Part shown: one piece after another, positions 7,211 to 16,123 of the stretch
Layout: each line of letters starts with the position of its first letter
Numbering within the stretch: the stretch's first letter is position 1
Origin: Prochlorococcus marinus str. NATL2A
GTDB taxonomy: Bacteria > Cyanobacteriota > Cyanobacteriia > PCC-6307 > Cyanobiaceae
Length of the DNA: 32,000 nucleotides
Direction of reading: 5' to 3'
Assembly: GCF_000012465.1 (NCBI RefSeq)
Contig: NC_007335.2
Coordinates: forward strand, 90,001 to 122,000
The notes under the pieces: model-generated
Told to the model about the DNA's origin: nothing
Seen by the model: only the letters and a program-made list of their open reading frames with translations
Database searches by the model: none
Translations under genes and position numbers: made by a program

Positions 7211-7348
7211 ATGGGCGTCGGAATTTCATCAATGGTTTTTGCTTCTAATACAATTCCTACTGATTTTGGCCTAGTCTTAGCTGCAATAGCAGGTGCTGGA
7301 AGCCTTCTTTTAATTGCTTTAAGGTTTGTACCCGAGGCTAAAAGCTGA
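7211..7348 (+). CDS. Small hypothetical membrane peptide (45 aa), below the ORF-track cutoff
   Basis: ATG 7211 to TGA 7346..7348 gives MGVGISSMVFASNTIPTDFGLVLAAIAGAGSLLLIALRFVPEAKS. It has one Gly/Ala-rich TM helix and is followed by a hairpin. No Shine-Dalgarno sequence is present. Confidence 0.3.
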   Translation: MGVGISSMVFASNTIPTDFGLVLAAIAGAGSLLLIALRFVPEAKS

Positions 7349-7376
7349 AAAACTTATCGTTGAGCAATTCTAATTG

Positions 7377-7404
7377 AGGAGATTTATCTCCTGAGTAGTT
7401 TTTT
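7377..7404 (+). terminator. Possible weak intrinsic terminator after the 45-aa ORF
   Basis: Stem AGGAGA (7377..7382) / TCTCCT (7387..7392) with loop TTTA. The T6 run at 7399..7404 is separated from the stem by 6 nt, which is atypical. Confidence 0.3.
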
Positions 7405-7441
7405 ATGCAAATTTCTTGATCAGGTTTTTAATATTGTTAAA

Positions 7442-7831
7442 GTGAGCAATCTTGGTGAAAAAAAAGTTTATAGGTGGGTTTTGTTAAAACACATTGGATC
7501 ACCAGATGACATTAAGGGTATCCATTTTGATTTGCTTTTAGAAGATAAAGAGCTTTGTAGAACTTGGCGCTTGACTGATATTCCTTTATTGGATGGACCT
7601 TATGTCGATTTCGTTTTTATAGCACCTCATAATTTTTACTGGCTTGATATGGAAGAAAAGGTTGTTTCAGGCAATAGAGGAGTTGCAACTAGAATTAAAA
7701 AAGGAATCTTTTTAGAATCTCTACCACCTATTGAAAATGGTTTTTTAAATTTATCTTTAGAGTGGGAGGGTGTTGAAAGTCATTTGGTAATGGATGAATA
7801 TGGCTGTAGGATTTTTCGCAAAAGATATTAA
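7442..7831 (+). CDS. Small protein resembling the LigD N-terminal 3'-phosphoesterase (LigD_N) domain
   Basis: 129 aa with a GTG start. 'WVLLKHIGSPDDIKGIHFDLLLEDKELCRTWRL' parallels the LigD_N motif (KH...HyDlRLE..vLksW). 'APHNFYWLDMEEKVVSGNRGVATRIKKGIF' parallels 'DHPleY.dFEG.i..G.YG.G.v..wD.G.y'. No ligase or polymerase domain is attached. Confidence 0.5.
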   Translation: MSNLGEKKVYRWVLLKHIGSPDDIKGIHFDLLLEDKELCRTWRLTDIPLLDGPYVDFVFIAPHNFYWLDMEEKVVSGNRGVATRIKKGIFLESLPPIENGFLNLSLEWEGVESHLVMDEYGCRIFRKRY

Positions 7832-7898
7832 TTATTTCTTGTGAATTAGAAGGGCTTGAGTTTTTCTTATATTTCGCTAACCTCATTCTTATTGTGGA

Positions 7899-10800
7899 TT
7901 GGTTCTGTTGGTCCATATCAACCACGTAGATTTGTCTCATTTCAAGTCCTTCGGTGGATCGATGTCGATTCCACTTGAAGACGGCTTTACTGTTGTAACA
8001 GGTCCAAATGGTTCAGGTAAAAGTAATATTCTTGATGGGGTTTTATTTTGTTTAGGGCTTGCAAATAGTCGAGGCATGAGAGCAGACAGATTGCCTGACT
8101 TAGTCAATAGTGGCGTATTAAAAGCTGGAAAATCTTCGGAAACCAAAGTAACTGTAAAATTTGATTTAACTGATTGGAAGCCCGATGAAGCCGAAGAAGG
8201 TATAGAACCTACTGAGGAAGGGCCTTGGATTAAGCATGATCAAAAAGAATGGACAGTATCAAGAAGATTAAAAGTTATGCCAGGTGGGTCATATGCTTCC
8301 ACTTACAGCGCAGATGGTGAGACTTGTAATTTACAGCAATTACAAACCCAATTAAGGCGACTAAGAATCGACCCTGAAGGGAGCAATGTTGTTATGCAGG
8401 GAGATGTTACTCGAATTGTTTCTATGAGTAATAAAGATCGTAGAGGTCTAATAGACGAACTTGCTGGTGTTGCACTATTTGATACACGTATTGATCAAAC
8501 TCGTGCAAAGTTGGATGATGTTTATGAAAGGCAGGAACGTTGTCGGATTGTTGAACAAGAACTCATTCTTTCCAAACAGCGTTTGCAAAAAGACTGTGAG
8601 AAAGCAAGTTTATATAAAGATCTAAAAAATCAATTATTAATTGGCAGACAGCAAGAATTAGTTTTATCTTATGAAAAGGCAAAAAAGGGACTGGAAAAAC
8701 TAGATATAGATCACCAAGAATTGCTTAAAAAAGAAAAAATAGATTCAGAAAAGTTACTTAATCATGAAAACGATTTAAGTAAATGCATAGAAAAATTAAA
8801 TATCTTACAAAAAAATGTTAAAGAACTCGGTGAAGATCAATTGCTTGAGGTTCAAGGTAAATTAGCAGGGATTGAATCCCAACATAGAGAGCTAGAAAGA
8901 CAAGGACTTAATCATAAAAATGAAGGTGAGAAATTACAGGAATCTAGAAATAATCTTCTACAGAAAAAGAAAGATTATCAAACTGACTTGCAAAGTAAAT
9001 TGAATGAGATTAATCCTGAAGAATTAGAAGAAGCTGACTTAAGATGTAAAGAGGCTGAGGCTTGGGTTGAATCTTCTAGAAGGAAGCTTTCCGATGTAGC
9101 AGGTCGTTCTGGTGCATGGATAGAAAAACATCAGAAAGCCAGAGATGAACTTAATAAAATCCGATTGGAATTAGATCCTAAAAGACTAGAGAAACAAAAT
9201 ATTGAAGAAAGTTTATTGCAATTAAATGTTATTTTAAAAGAATTAGAGACTGATCAAAAAGCTGATCAATCTTCCAATGAAAAAGTACATATAGAAATTA
9301 GTAATTTGAATAAAAAATGGGATAGTATTTTAGATTTACTGTCTGTTAAGAAAGAAGAATTTCAAGTATTAGTATCTGAGAAGGATATACAAGAACGCAC
9401 TAAATATAGATTAGAGAAAGAACAAGTCAAGCTTCAAAATGATATTGCTCGTTTAGAAAGTAGGAAAGAAATGATATCCGAAAGTCGAGGCACTAATGCA
9501 ATAACTTTGTTACTAGAGTCTGGTTTAGAAGGTATACATGGTCCTGTAGCTAATTTAGGTGAAGTGGAAGATCGTTATAGGATTGCTCTTGAAGTAGCGG
9601 CTGGAGCCAGGCTTGGGCAGGTTGTTGTAGATAGCGATCAAATTGCTGCAAAATCAATTGATCTTTTAAAACGAAAAAGAGCTGGAAGATTGACTTTTTT
9701 ACCTCTTAATAAGATTTTAAAAAACTCTCAAAGTAGGTCTGATGTATTCCAGAGATCTGTTCACACTAATTTCAATAAAAGTACTGGATTAATTGGCAAA
9801 GCTATTGATTTGATTCAATATGATTCAATATATAAAAATGTTTTTTTGTATGTATTTGGTGAAACAATTGTTTTTAGTGACTTGTCATCAGCACGTGATC
9901 AAATTGGTATAAAAAGAGCTGTTACTTTAGAAGGTGAACTACTTGAGAAGAGTGGAGCGATGACTGGTGGAAGTTTAAATAACAGAGCCTTGGGTTTAAG
10001 TTTTGGAAGAGTAAAAGATAATGATGATTGTGATCTTTTGAAGAATCGATTATTAGAAATTGGTGAGACTCTCACTAATTGTCAAAAGAACGAAAATCAA
10101 CTCATAAATAAGCTAGACAATCTTAGATCTCAGCTAAGTAAATTAGAACAAGAGAAAGCTGCACTTGATGCTGAAAGAGTAACTTCTAAAAGATCAAATT
10201 CACCGTTATTAGAACGCCAAAGCCATCGCTCAAAAAGAATTAGCGATCTTCAAAAATCTAAAAAAGAAAAACTATGTCAATTAGAATCTATTAATTTGAT
10301 TATTAAACCTTTAGAGGTCATTTTATTAGAAATTGAGAAGGAAGAGAAAACAATAGATAAATCAAGTGACTCATCTGTTTGGTCTAAATTGCAAAATGAT
10401 TTAGAAGAGGCTGATAAAAATCTTCTTTCTTTTAGGAATAAAAGAGATGAGATTTCAAATAAGCAATCTCAAAATAAGCTTGCAATTGATCGATTAAATG
10501 ATCAAGAAACTGCTTTAATAAGCGAAGAAAAACGATTAAAGGATTCCATAGATACGCTTGCTTCTTCTCATATCGCTTGGCGTGAGCAAAGCAAACTACT
10601 TAATACAAATCGGCAAGATTTGATCAATCAACAAAAAGATTTAGAAACTCGCTTTGGGGAACAACGAAGAGAAAGAGATTGTGTGGAAGCAGATGTAGCT
10701 AAAAAAAGATTGAATTTACAAGAAATGCAATGGAGTCTCCAACGTTTAATGGAAGATCAAAAAAACATGAAGGAAGAGATACGAATGGAAACTATTCGAT

Positions 10801-11513
10801 GTACTGAATTAGAGAGGAAGCTTCCTAATCCTAGGCCTTTGATTTCAGATGAAATAAGAGATAATGGTTTGGATGATTTACTTTCTAAATTGGAAGATTT
10901 ACAGAAAAGAATGGAGGAATTGGAACCTGTCAATATGCTTGCATTGGAAGAGTTGGCTAAATTAGAAGAGAGACTGAATGAACTTGAAAATAGACTTCAG
11001 GTTCTAACTGATGAAAGATCGGAGTTATTACTTCGAATAGAGACAGTTGCAACGTTAAGAGAGGAGGCCTTTATGGAGGCTTTTAAGGCGGTTGATGTAC
11101 ATTTTCGTGAAATCTTTGCAAGTCTTTCTGAAGGAGATGGACATTTGCAGCTTGAAAATCCTGAGGAGCCTTTGGAGGGTGGCTTGACTTTGGTTGCTCA
11201 TCCAAAAGGTAAGCCTGTAAGACGGCTTGCGGCTATGTCAGGTGGAGAAAAATCTTTAACAGCTTTGAGTTTTCTTTTTGCCTTGCAACGTTTTAGACCC
11301 TCTCCTTTTTATGCCCTTGATGAAGTAGATAGTTTCTTGGATGGAGTAAATGTTGAAAGGTTAGCGGCCTTAATTGCTCAACAAGCTGAACAGGCACAAT
11401 TTCTTGTCGTAAGTCATAGAAGACCTATGATTGGAGCATCAATGAGGACTATTGGGGTTACACAAGCAAGGGGAAATCATACTCAAGTTGTTGGGTTGCC
11501 AATCGCAGCTTGA
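7899..11513 (+). CDS. smc: Chromosome segregation protein SMC
   Basis: 1204 aa. N-terminal Walker A is 'GPNGSGKSN'. Long coiled-coil arms flank a hinge (GPVANLGEV...AAGARLGQVVVD). The C-terminal signature is 'LSGGEKSLTALSFLFAL' with Walker B 'FYALDEVDSFLD'. The start is TTG at 7899 or, more likely, TTG at 7908, giving MVHINHVDLSHFKSFGG. Confidence 0.95.
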   Translation: MVLLVHINHVDLSHFKSFGGSMSIPLEDGFTVVTGPNGSGKSNILDGVLFCLGLANSRGMRADRLPDLVNSGVLKAGKSSETKVTVKFDLTDWKPDEAEEGIEPTEEGPWIKHDQKEWTVSRRLKVMPGGSYASTYSADGETCNLQQLQTQLRRLRIDPEGSNVVMQGDVTRIVSMSNKDRRGLIDELAGVALFDTRIDQTRAKLDDVYERQERCRIVEQELILSKQRLQKDCEKASLYKDLKNQLLIGRQQELVLSYEKAKKGLEKLDIDHQELLKKEKIDSEKLLNHENDLSKCIEKLNILQKNVKELGEDQLLEVQGKLAGIESQHRELERQGLNHKNEGEKLQESRNNLLQKKKDYQTDLQSKLNEINPEELEEADLRCKEAEAWVESSRRKLSDVAGRSGAWIEKHQKARDELNKIRLELDPKRLEKQNIEESLLQLNVILKELETDQKADQSSNEKVHIEISNLNKKWDSILDLLSVKKEEFQVLVSEKDIQERTKYRLEKEQVKLQNDIARLESRKEMISESRGTNAITLLLESGLEGIHGPVANLGEVEDRYRIALEVAAGARLGQVVVDSDQIAAKSIDLLKRKRAGRLTFLPLNKILKNSQSRSDVFQRSVHTNFNKSTGLIGKAIDLIQYDSIYKNVFLYVFGETIVFSDLSSARDQIGIKRAVTLEGELLEKSGAMTGGSLNNRALGLSFGRVKDNDDCDLLKNRLLEIGETLTNCQKNENQLINKLDNLRSQLSKLEQEKAALDAERVTSKRSNSPLLERQSHRSKRISDLQKSKKEKLCQLESINLIIKPLEVILLEIEKEEKTIDKSSDSSVWSKLQNDLEEADKNLLSFRNKRDEISNKQSQNKLAIDRLNDQETALISEEKRLKDSIDTLASSHIAWREQSKLLNTNRQDLINQQKDLETRFGEQRRERDCVEADVAKKRLNLQEMQWSLQRLMEDQKNMKEEIRMETIRCTELERKLPNPRPLISDEIRDNGLDDLLSKLEDLQKRMEELEPVNMLALEELAKLEERLNELENRLQVLTDERSELLLRIETVATLREEAFMEAFKAVDVHFREIFASLSEGDGHLQLENPEEPLEGGLTLVAHPKGKPVRRLAAMSGGEKSLTALSFLFALQRFRPSPFYALDEVDSFLDGVNVERLAALIAQQAEQAQFLVVSHRRPMIGASMRTIGVTQARGNHTQVVGLPIAA

Positions 11514-11571
11514 TTGAATTTACTAAGATGATTCAATATGGTTCTACAAATCTCATTTCTGCATATTTGAG

Positions 11572-12612
11572 TTGACCAACACGCAAGCCCCTCAAGAATC
11601 AACATCTGCTGTCCCCAGTGACAGATTATGGCTTCGTTCTGAGTTGATGGGGACTCAGGTTATTACACGTGATACTGGACGCAGGTTGGGGCTTGTAGGA
11701 GAAGTTGTTGTTGATATTGATCGCAGAGAGGTTGTTGCTTTGGGACTACGAGATAATCCCTTAACACGTTTTTTACCTGGCTTGCCAAGATGGCTTCCTC
11801 TTGATCAGATCCGTCAAGTAGGTGATGTGATTTTAGTTGATACGATTGATTCTTTAAGCGAAAACTTTGTTCCTGAAAGATTCAATAAAGTTATCAATTG
11901 CCAAGTTATTACTGAATCTGGAGATCAGTTGGGGAGAGTACTTGGATTTTCTTTTGATATTGAAACTGGAGAATTACTTACTTTAGTTATGGGAGCATTA
12001 GGCGTACCTTTATTAGGCGAAGGGGTTTTAAGTACTTGGGAGATGCCTGTTGATGAAATTGTTAGCAGTGGACCAGATCGAATAATTGTTTATGAGGGAG
12101 CTGAGGAGAAATTAAAACAATTAAACAGTGGTTTCCTTGAAAAGCTTGGTGTAGGTAATTCGGGTTGGGAAGAAAGCGAACGAGAACGTTATAGAGTTAA
12201 TCTTGTCCCAGTTGAAAATCAATTAACCTCTGGCGAGAGTGTCAATGATGATCAAAGACTTCTAGAACAATCCCAAGAAATATTTGAAGAAGAAGAGATG
12301 GAATACGTAGAATTGCAAGATTCAGAAGAACAACAATATAATAAAGAATTAAGATATTTAGATGAACCTAATCAGTCATCAATTTATTCTGAAATTGATG
12401 AAGATGTAGTAAACTATAGTGAATCAAACTTTAAAAAAAGAACTGACGATTTTCAAGCTAAATTTTCATCTAAAAATACAAAGAATAAATCAAAAATTAT
12501 AAGAGATGAAGAACCTATGGATGTCGAACCTTTAGAAGATTTAACGATAAATAATTCTCAAGATATGATATCTAATGATAACCAATTAATAGATATTGAA
12601 GATCCATGGTAA
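11572..12612 (+). CDS. PRC-barrel domain protein (two PRC barrels) with long acidic low-complexity tail
   Basis: 346 aa with a TTG start. The two PRC-like units are 'LMGTQVITRDTGRRLGLVGEVVVDIDRREVVALGL' and 'INCQVITESGDQLGRVLGFSFDIETGELLTLVMG'. The C-terminal ~150 aa are rich in E/D/N/S. Confidence 0.8.
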   Translation: MTNTQAPQESTSAVPSDRLWLRSELMGTQVITRDTGRRLGLVGEVVVDIDRREVVALGLRDNPLTRFLPGLPRWLPLDQIRQVGDVILVDTIDSLSENFVPERFNKVINCQVITESGDQLGRVLGFSFDIETGELLTLVMGALGVPLLGEGVLSTWEMPVDEIVSSGPDRIIVYEGAEEKLKQLNSGFLEKLGVGNSGWEESERERYRVNLVPVENQLTSGESVNDDQRLLEQSQEIFEEEEMEYVELQDSEEQQYNKELRYLDEPNQSSIYSEIDEDVVNYSESNFKKRTDDFQAKFSSKNTKNKSKIIRDEEPMDVEPLEDLTINNSQDMISNDNQLIDIEDPW

Positions 12613-13890
12613 TTAATTTAAAAGCTTTTTTTCTTCAAGAAGATTAATAATTTGATAGCAAAATTTTTTTACAGCACCTTTACTACCCCTTAGTAATTGT
12701 AAATCTTCTCTTTGGCCAGATAGTCTTGTAGGTGAATTTAGCCAATCAATAGTTTCTTCAGCTATTTGTGCAGGGGTTATATGTCCAACTCTTTCTGGGA
12801 CAATCATCTTTTTTGCATATATATTTGGCCAAGCCATATATCCTCTTTTTTTCAGTTTTATAAAGCTAATTAATAGTCCTATGCACCATTTTAATATTGG
12901 CAATCTAGCTATTAAACCTATAAATCCATCCCATGCTTCCATGACTGAAATGTGTTGTGTAGGAAGAACAACTATCATTGGAATATTTAATGATCCAAGC
13001 TCAGCAGTATTAGCTCCTACTGTTGTTAGTGCGATATCACACTGGCTTAGATCACTATATGCTGGATGCTTTTCTTGTATTAAAATAACTGTAGAATTAT
13101 TAGTTATCAATACTCCTCTTCCTTCTTTTTTATTGGCTTTTGTAATTGATTTGATTCCAGATTTATATTGTTTTGAAATTGGATTTTTGCTACTACTAAA
13201 GTGTTTAAGTTCATTTATATTTGTGGTAGGAGCAAGAGGTATTAGAAACTGACAATCTGGCATTGATTTTGATATTTTATCTGCTACTTCAAGAAAGAAT
13301 GGAATTCCAATTTTTAGTTTCGCACTTTTTGAACCTGGTAGTAGTGCAATCCACTTTCCAGAGGGGAGTGGATTATCAATTTTTGCAGTTTCAGTTAAGT
13401 CAGCGGTTAGGTCTCCTATGACTGAACAACGAGGTTGAATTCGTTTTGGTAATTTATCAACAATCCTTTCGGACATTGCAACAATTCTATTATTCCAAAA
13501 AGGCCATCTAGCGATCCACTCGGCATATGTCATATGTAAATATCCCAATCTTGCTGAAAGTAGAACGCTCCAAAATTGATCTCCACCTAAAAAAATTACT
13601 AACCCGTTGGATGGCCATGAACCAAATTTTTTAGGGTTTAAAAGAAGTTTCCAGAAATTTTTTGCTTTTATTATTTTTTCAAATTGGAACCATTTTTTTG
13701 CAGCAATAATTTCATTACCAGTTGCATTAGGGCATGGAACAAGTACCAAATTTAAAGATTTTGAAGAATTATGTACTCTTGGTTTTAGCTTTATTTGCTT
13801 ATGAAGCTCTTTAGCAAGTGGATTCACCCAAGTGGCTAGTTCACCCGGTCCATTTGAGACAAAAATAATTGCTAAATGATTATGACTCAT
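12613..13890 (-). CDS. Lipid-A-disaccharide synthase-related (LpxB-like glycosyltransferase fold) protein
   Basis: 425 aa. The N-terminus 'IFVSNGPGELATWVNPL' and the GT-B-like layout match the cyanobacterial 'LpxB-related' family. Assignment is by recognition only. Confidence 0.6.
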   Translation of the reverse strand: MSHNHLAIIFVSNGPGELATWVNPLAKELHKQIKLKPRVHNSSKSLNLVLVPCPNATGNEIIAAKKWFQFEKIIKAKNFWKLLLNPKKFGSWPSNGLVIFLGGDQFWSVLLSARLGYLHMTYAEWIARWPFWNNRIVAMSERIVDKLPKRIQPRCSVIGDLTADLTETAKIDNPLPSGKWIALLPGSKSAKLKIGIPFFLEVADKISKSMPDCQFLIPLAPTTNINELKHFSSSKNPISKQYKSGIKSITKANKKEGRGVLITNNSTVILIQEKHPAYSDLSQCDIALTTVGANTAELGSLNIPMIVVLPTQHISVMEAWDGFIGLIARLPILKWCIGLLISFIKLKKRGYMAWPNIYAKKMIVPERVGHITPAQIAEETIDWLNSPTRLSGQREDLQLLRGSKGAVKKFCYQIINLLEEKKLLN

Positions 13891-13917
13891 TTATTGATGA
13901 GCATCAGTATTGAATAA

Positions 13918-13999
13918 TGCGGATGGCGAGACTTGAACTCGCAAGGCCGAAGCCACATGTTCCTTAGACATGCGCGTATACCAATTCCGCCACATCCGC
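13918..13999 (-). tRNA. trnL: tRNA-Leu (class II, long variable arm); canonical fold gives anticodon AAG
   Basis: The 82-nt cloverleaf was folded by hand:
- acceptor stem GCGGATG/CATCCGC plus discriminator A
- D-arm GCG-GAATTGGTATA-CGC (Leu-type)
- anticodon stem CATGT/ACATG with loop C-T-A-A-G-G-A
- 13-nt variable arm (GGC-TTCG-GCC)
- T-arm GCGAG-TTCAAGT-CTCGC
CCA is not encoded. Confidence 0.9.
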
Positions 14000-14125
14000 A
14001 AGTTAACTCAGTTAAGCACCAAGTAACCCTGATCATAATGCTTAACCTATTAAGCTTCTACTTAATGGGTTTCAATCTTGGGCACCAATCCTGATACGAT
14101 CCCGCTGAGGACTTAATAATTTTGA

Positions 14126-15469
14126 ATGCCCATAGGCAAACTGCTCATAGCTAATCGTGGCGAAATAGCTTTAAGAATTCTCCGAAGCTGTCGTGAGATG
14201 GGGATAGCTACGGTTGCTGTTTACAGTACTATTGATAAAAATGCATTACATGTTCAATTAGCTGATGAAGCTGTATGCGTTGGAGATTCACCTAGCAGTA
14301 AAAGTTATCTAAATGTCCCAAATATACTTGCTGCAGCAACATCAAGAGGAGTAGATGCTATTCATCCTGGTTATGGATTTTTAGCTGAGAATGATCGATT
14401 TGCAGAGATTTGCGGTGACCACGGTCTTATTTTTGTAGGCCCATCTCCTCATGCAATTCGTTCCATGGGTGATAAGTCGACAGCTAAATCGACTATGCAA
14501 AAGGTTGGAGTGCCTACTGTCCCAGGAAGTGAAGGTTTGCTAGATAGTGTTTCAGATGCATCCAAGCTTGCCTCTGAAATGGGTTATCCAGTAATGATTA
14601 AAGCAACTGCAGGAGGCGGTGGAAGAGGCATGCGTTTAGTTAATCATTCTGATGAATTGGAGAATCTTTTTAAAGCTGCGCAGGGGGAAGCAGAGGCTGC
14701 ATTTGGCAACCCTGGCCTATATATGGAGAAATTTATTGATCGCCCAAGGCATGTAGAGGTTCAGATTCTTGCGGATCGATTTGGTAACGTTGTTCACCTC
14801 GGAGAACGAGATTGCTCGATTCAAAGACGGCATCAGAAATTGTTAGAGGAATCGCCAAGTCCAGCTTTAGATGATCACCTAAGAATAAGAATGGGAGAAG
14901 CGGCAGTTGCAGCAGCAAAAAGCATCAACTATGAAGGCGCTGGAACGGTGGAATTTCTTCTTGATAGGAACGGAAGTTTTTATTTTATGGAAATGAATAC
15001 TCGAATACAGGTTGAACATCCTGTTACTGAGTTAGTTACCGGTATGGATTTAATTTCAGAACAATTACGTATTGCGGGAGGAGAAAAATTACAATATACA
15101 CAAGCAGAGATCAAGCTTGAGGGACATGCAATTGAATGTAGAATTAACGCAGAAGATCCAAGTCACAACTTTCGACCTTCCCCAGGAAAAATCACAGGTT
15201 GGTTGCCTCCTGGTGGACCGGGCGTAAGGGTAGATAGCCATGTTTACACTGGATACGATATTCCTCCTTTTTATGATTCCTTAATAGGTAAATTAATTGT
15301 TTGGGGGAAAGATCGAGAAGCTGCACTAAAAAGGATGGAAAGAGCTTTAAGTGAATGTGCAGTCACAGGAATTACTACTACTATTGATTTTCATTTGAAA
15401 TTACTTAAAAGAAAAGAATTTATAGAAGGCGATGTTCACACAAAATTTGTTGAACAAGAAATGTTGTAA
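14126..15469 (+). CDS. accC: Acetyl-CoA carboxylase, biotin carboxylase subunit
   Basis: 447 aa. '[16 protein letters not shown]', '[14 protein letters not shown]' and '[18 protein letters not shown]' are the ATP-grasp biotin carboxylase signatures. Confidence 0.97.
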   Translation: MPIGKLLIANRGEIALRILRSCREMGIATVAVYSTIDKNALHVQLADEAVCVGDSPSSKSYLNVPNILAAATSRGVDAIHPGYGFLAENDRFAEICGDHGLIFVGPSPHAIRSMGDKSTAKSTMQKVGVPTVPGSEGLLDSVSDASKLASEMGYPVMIKATAGGGGRGMRLVNHSDELENLFKAAQGEAEAAFGNPGLYMEKFIDRPRHVEVQILADRFGNVVHLGERDCSIQRRHQKLLEESPSPALDDHLRIRMGEAAVAAAKSINYEGAGTVEFLLDRNGSFYFMEMNTRIQVEHPVTELVTGMDLISEQLRIAGGEKLQYTQAEIKLEGHAIECRINAEDPSHNFRPSPGKITGWLPPGGPGVRVDSHVYTGYDIPPFYDSLIGKLIVWGKDREAALKRMERALSECAVTGITTTIDFHLKLLKRKEFIEGDVHTKFVEQEML

Positions 15470-15482
15470 ATAGCTATGAAGA

Positions 15483-15794
15483 TCAGAATATAATTTGAGT
15501 TAATAATCCTTGTTGTCCAAGAAATAATTCGCGAAAGAGACTTAAGAGACCTACCCAAATAATTGGAGTAACATCTACTCCACCTATCGGAGCAACAATT
15601 TTTCGAGTAAGCACCAATATGGGCTCAGTTGGCAAGAAGATAATTGGCCAAAAACCAGTTCTTAAATCTATTTTTGGATACCATGTCAAAATAATTCGTA
15701 GAAGGAATGCCAAGGTAAGCGCACCTATTGAAAAACTCATAAAAAAATGTAGGGTTGGAAGACTTTTAACTAACAGAGGCATCACAAAGCTCAA
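15483..15794 (-). CDS. ycf19: YGGT-family membrane protein (Ycf19-like)
   Basis: 103 aa. The YGGT pattern is 'LRIILTWYPKIDL...PTEPILVLTRKIVAPIGGVDVTPIIW'. Confidence 0.85.
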   Translation of the reverse strand: MSFVMPLLVKSLPTLHFFMSFSIGALTLAFLLRIILTWYPKIDLRTGFWPIIFLPTEPILVLTRKIVAPIGGVDVTPIIWVGLLSLFRELFLGQQGLLTQIIF

Positions 15795-15869
15795 AGCATT
15801 ATTGAATAGATGGTCTAAATCATCTTTTATTGCGTAAGATTACTCGGTCTTGCATAAGAATTAGCTGAA

Positions 15870-16040
15870 ATGGCTTTTCATTTATTAAATTTGTTCCTAA
15901 GTGCTGGAACTTCTAGTGAAGCTGCTACAAGTTCTGCTGTTGGAATGATTGGGAGTTTTCTTGCGGCTGGAGCTTTGATAGTTGCACCTGCTGCTGCTGC
16001 GTTGATCTGGGTTAGCCAAAAAGATGCATTGAGTAGATAG
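15870..16040 (+). CDS. psbX: Photosystem II protein PsbX (56 aa), below the ORF-track cutoff
   Basis: Hand translation gives [56 protein letters not shown], with TAG at 16038..16040. The single TM helix followed by 'VSQKD..SR' is the PsbX signature (compare '...IFISQKDKITRS' in Synechocystis). Confidence 0.85.
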
Positions 16041-16123
16041 CCCTAGCAAACACCTATTTATGCCATAGACTAATCACAATAGGGTTGGTTTCAGCCTGAA
16101 AATGTTTATTTAAGAGGGCAAAC

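Noticed and set aside
12881-13804. Track ORFs 12881..13252 (+) and 13607..13804 (+)
   Set aside because: They are antisense shadows inside the LpxB-related gene and show no motifs.
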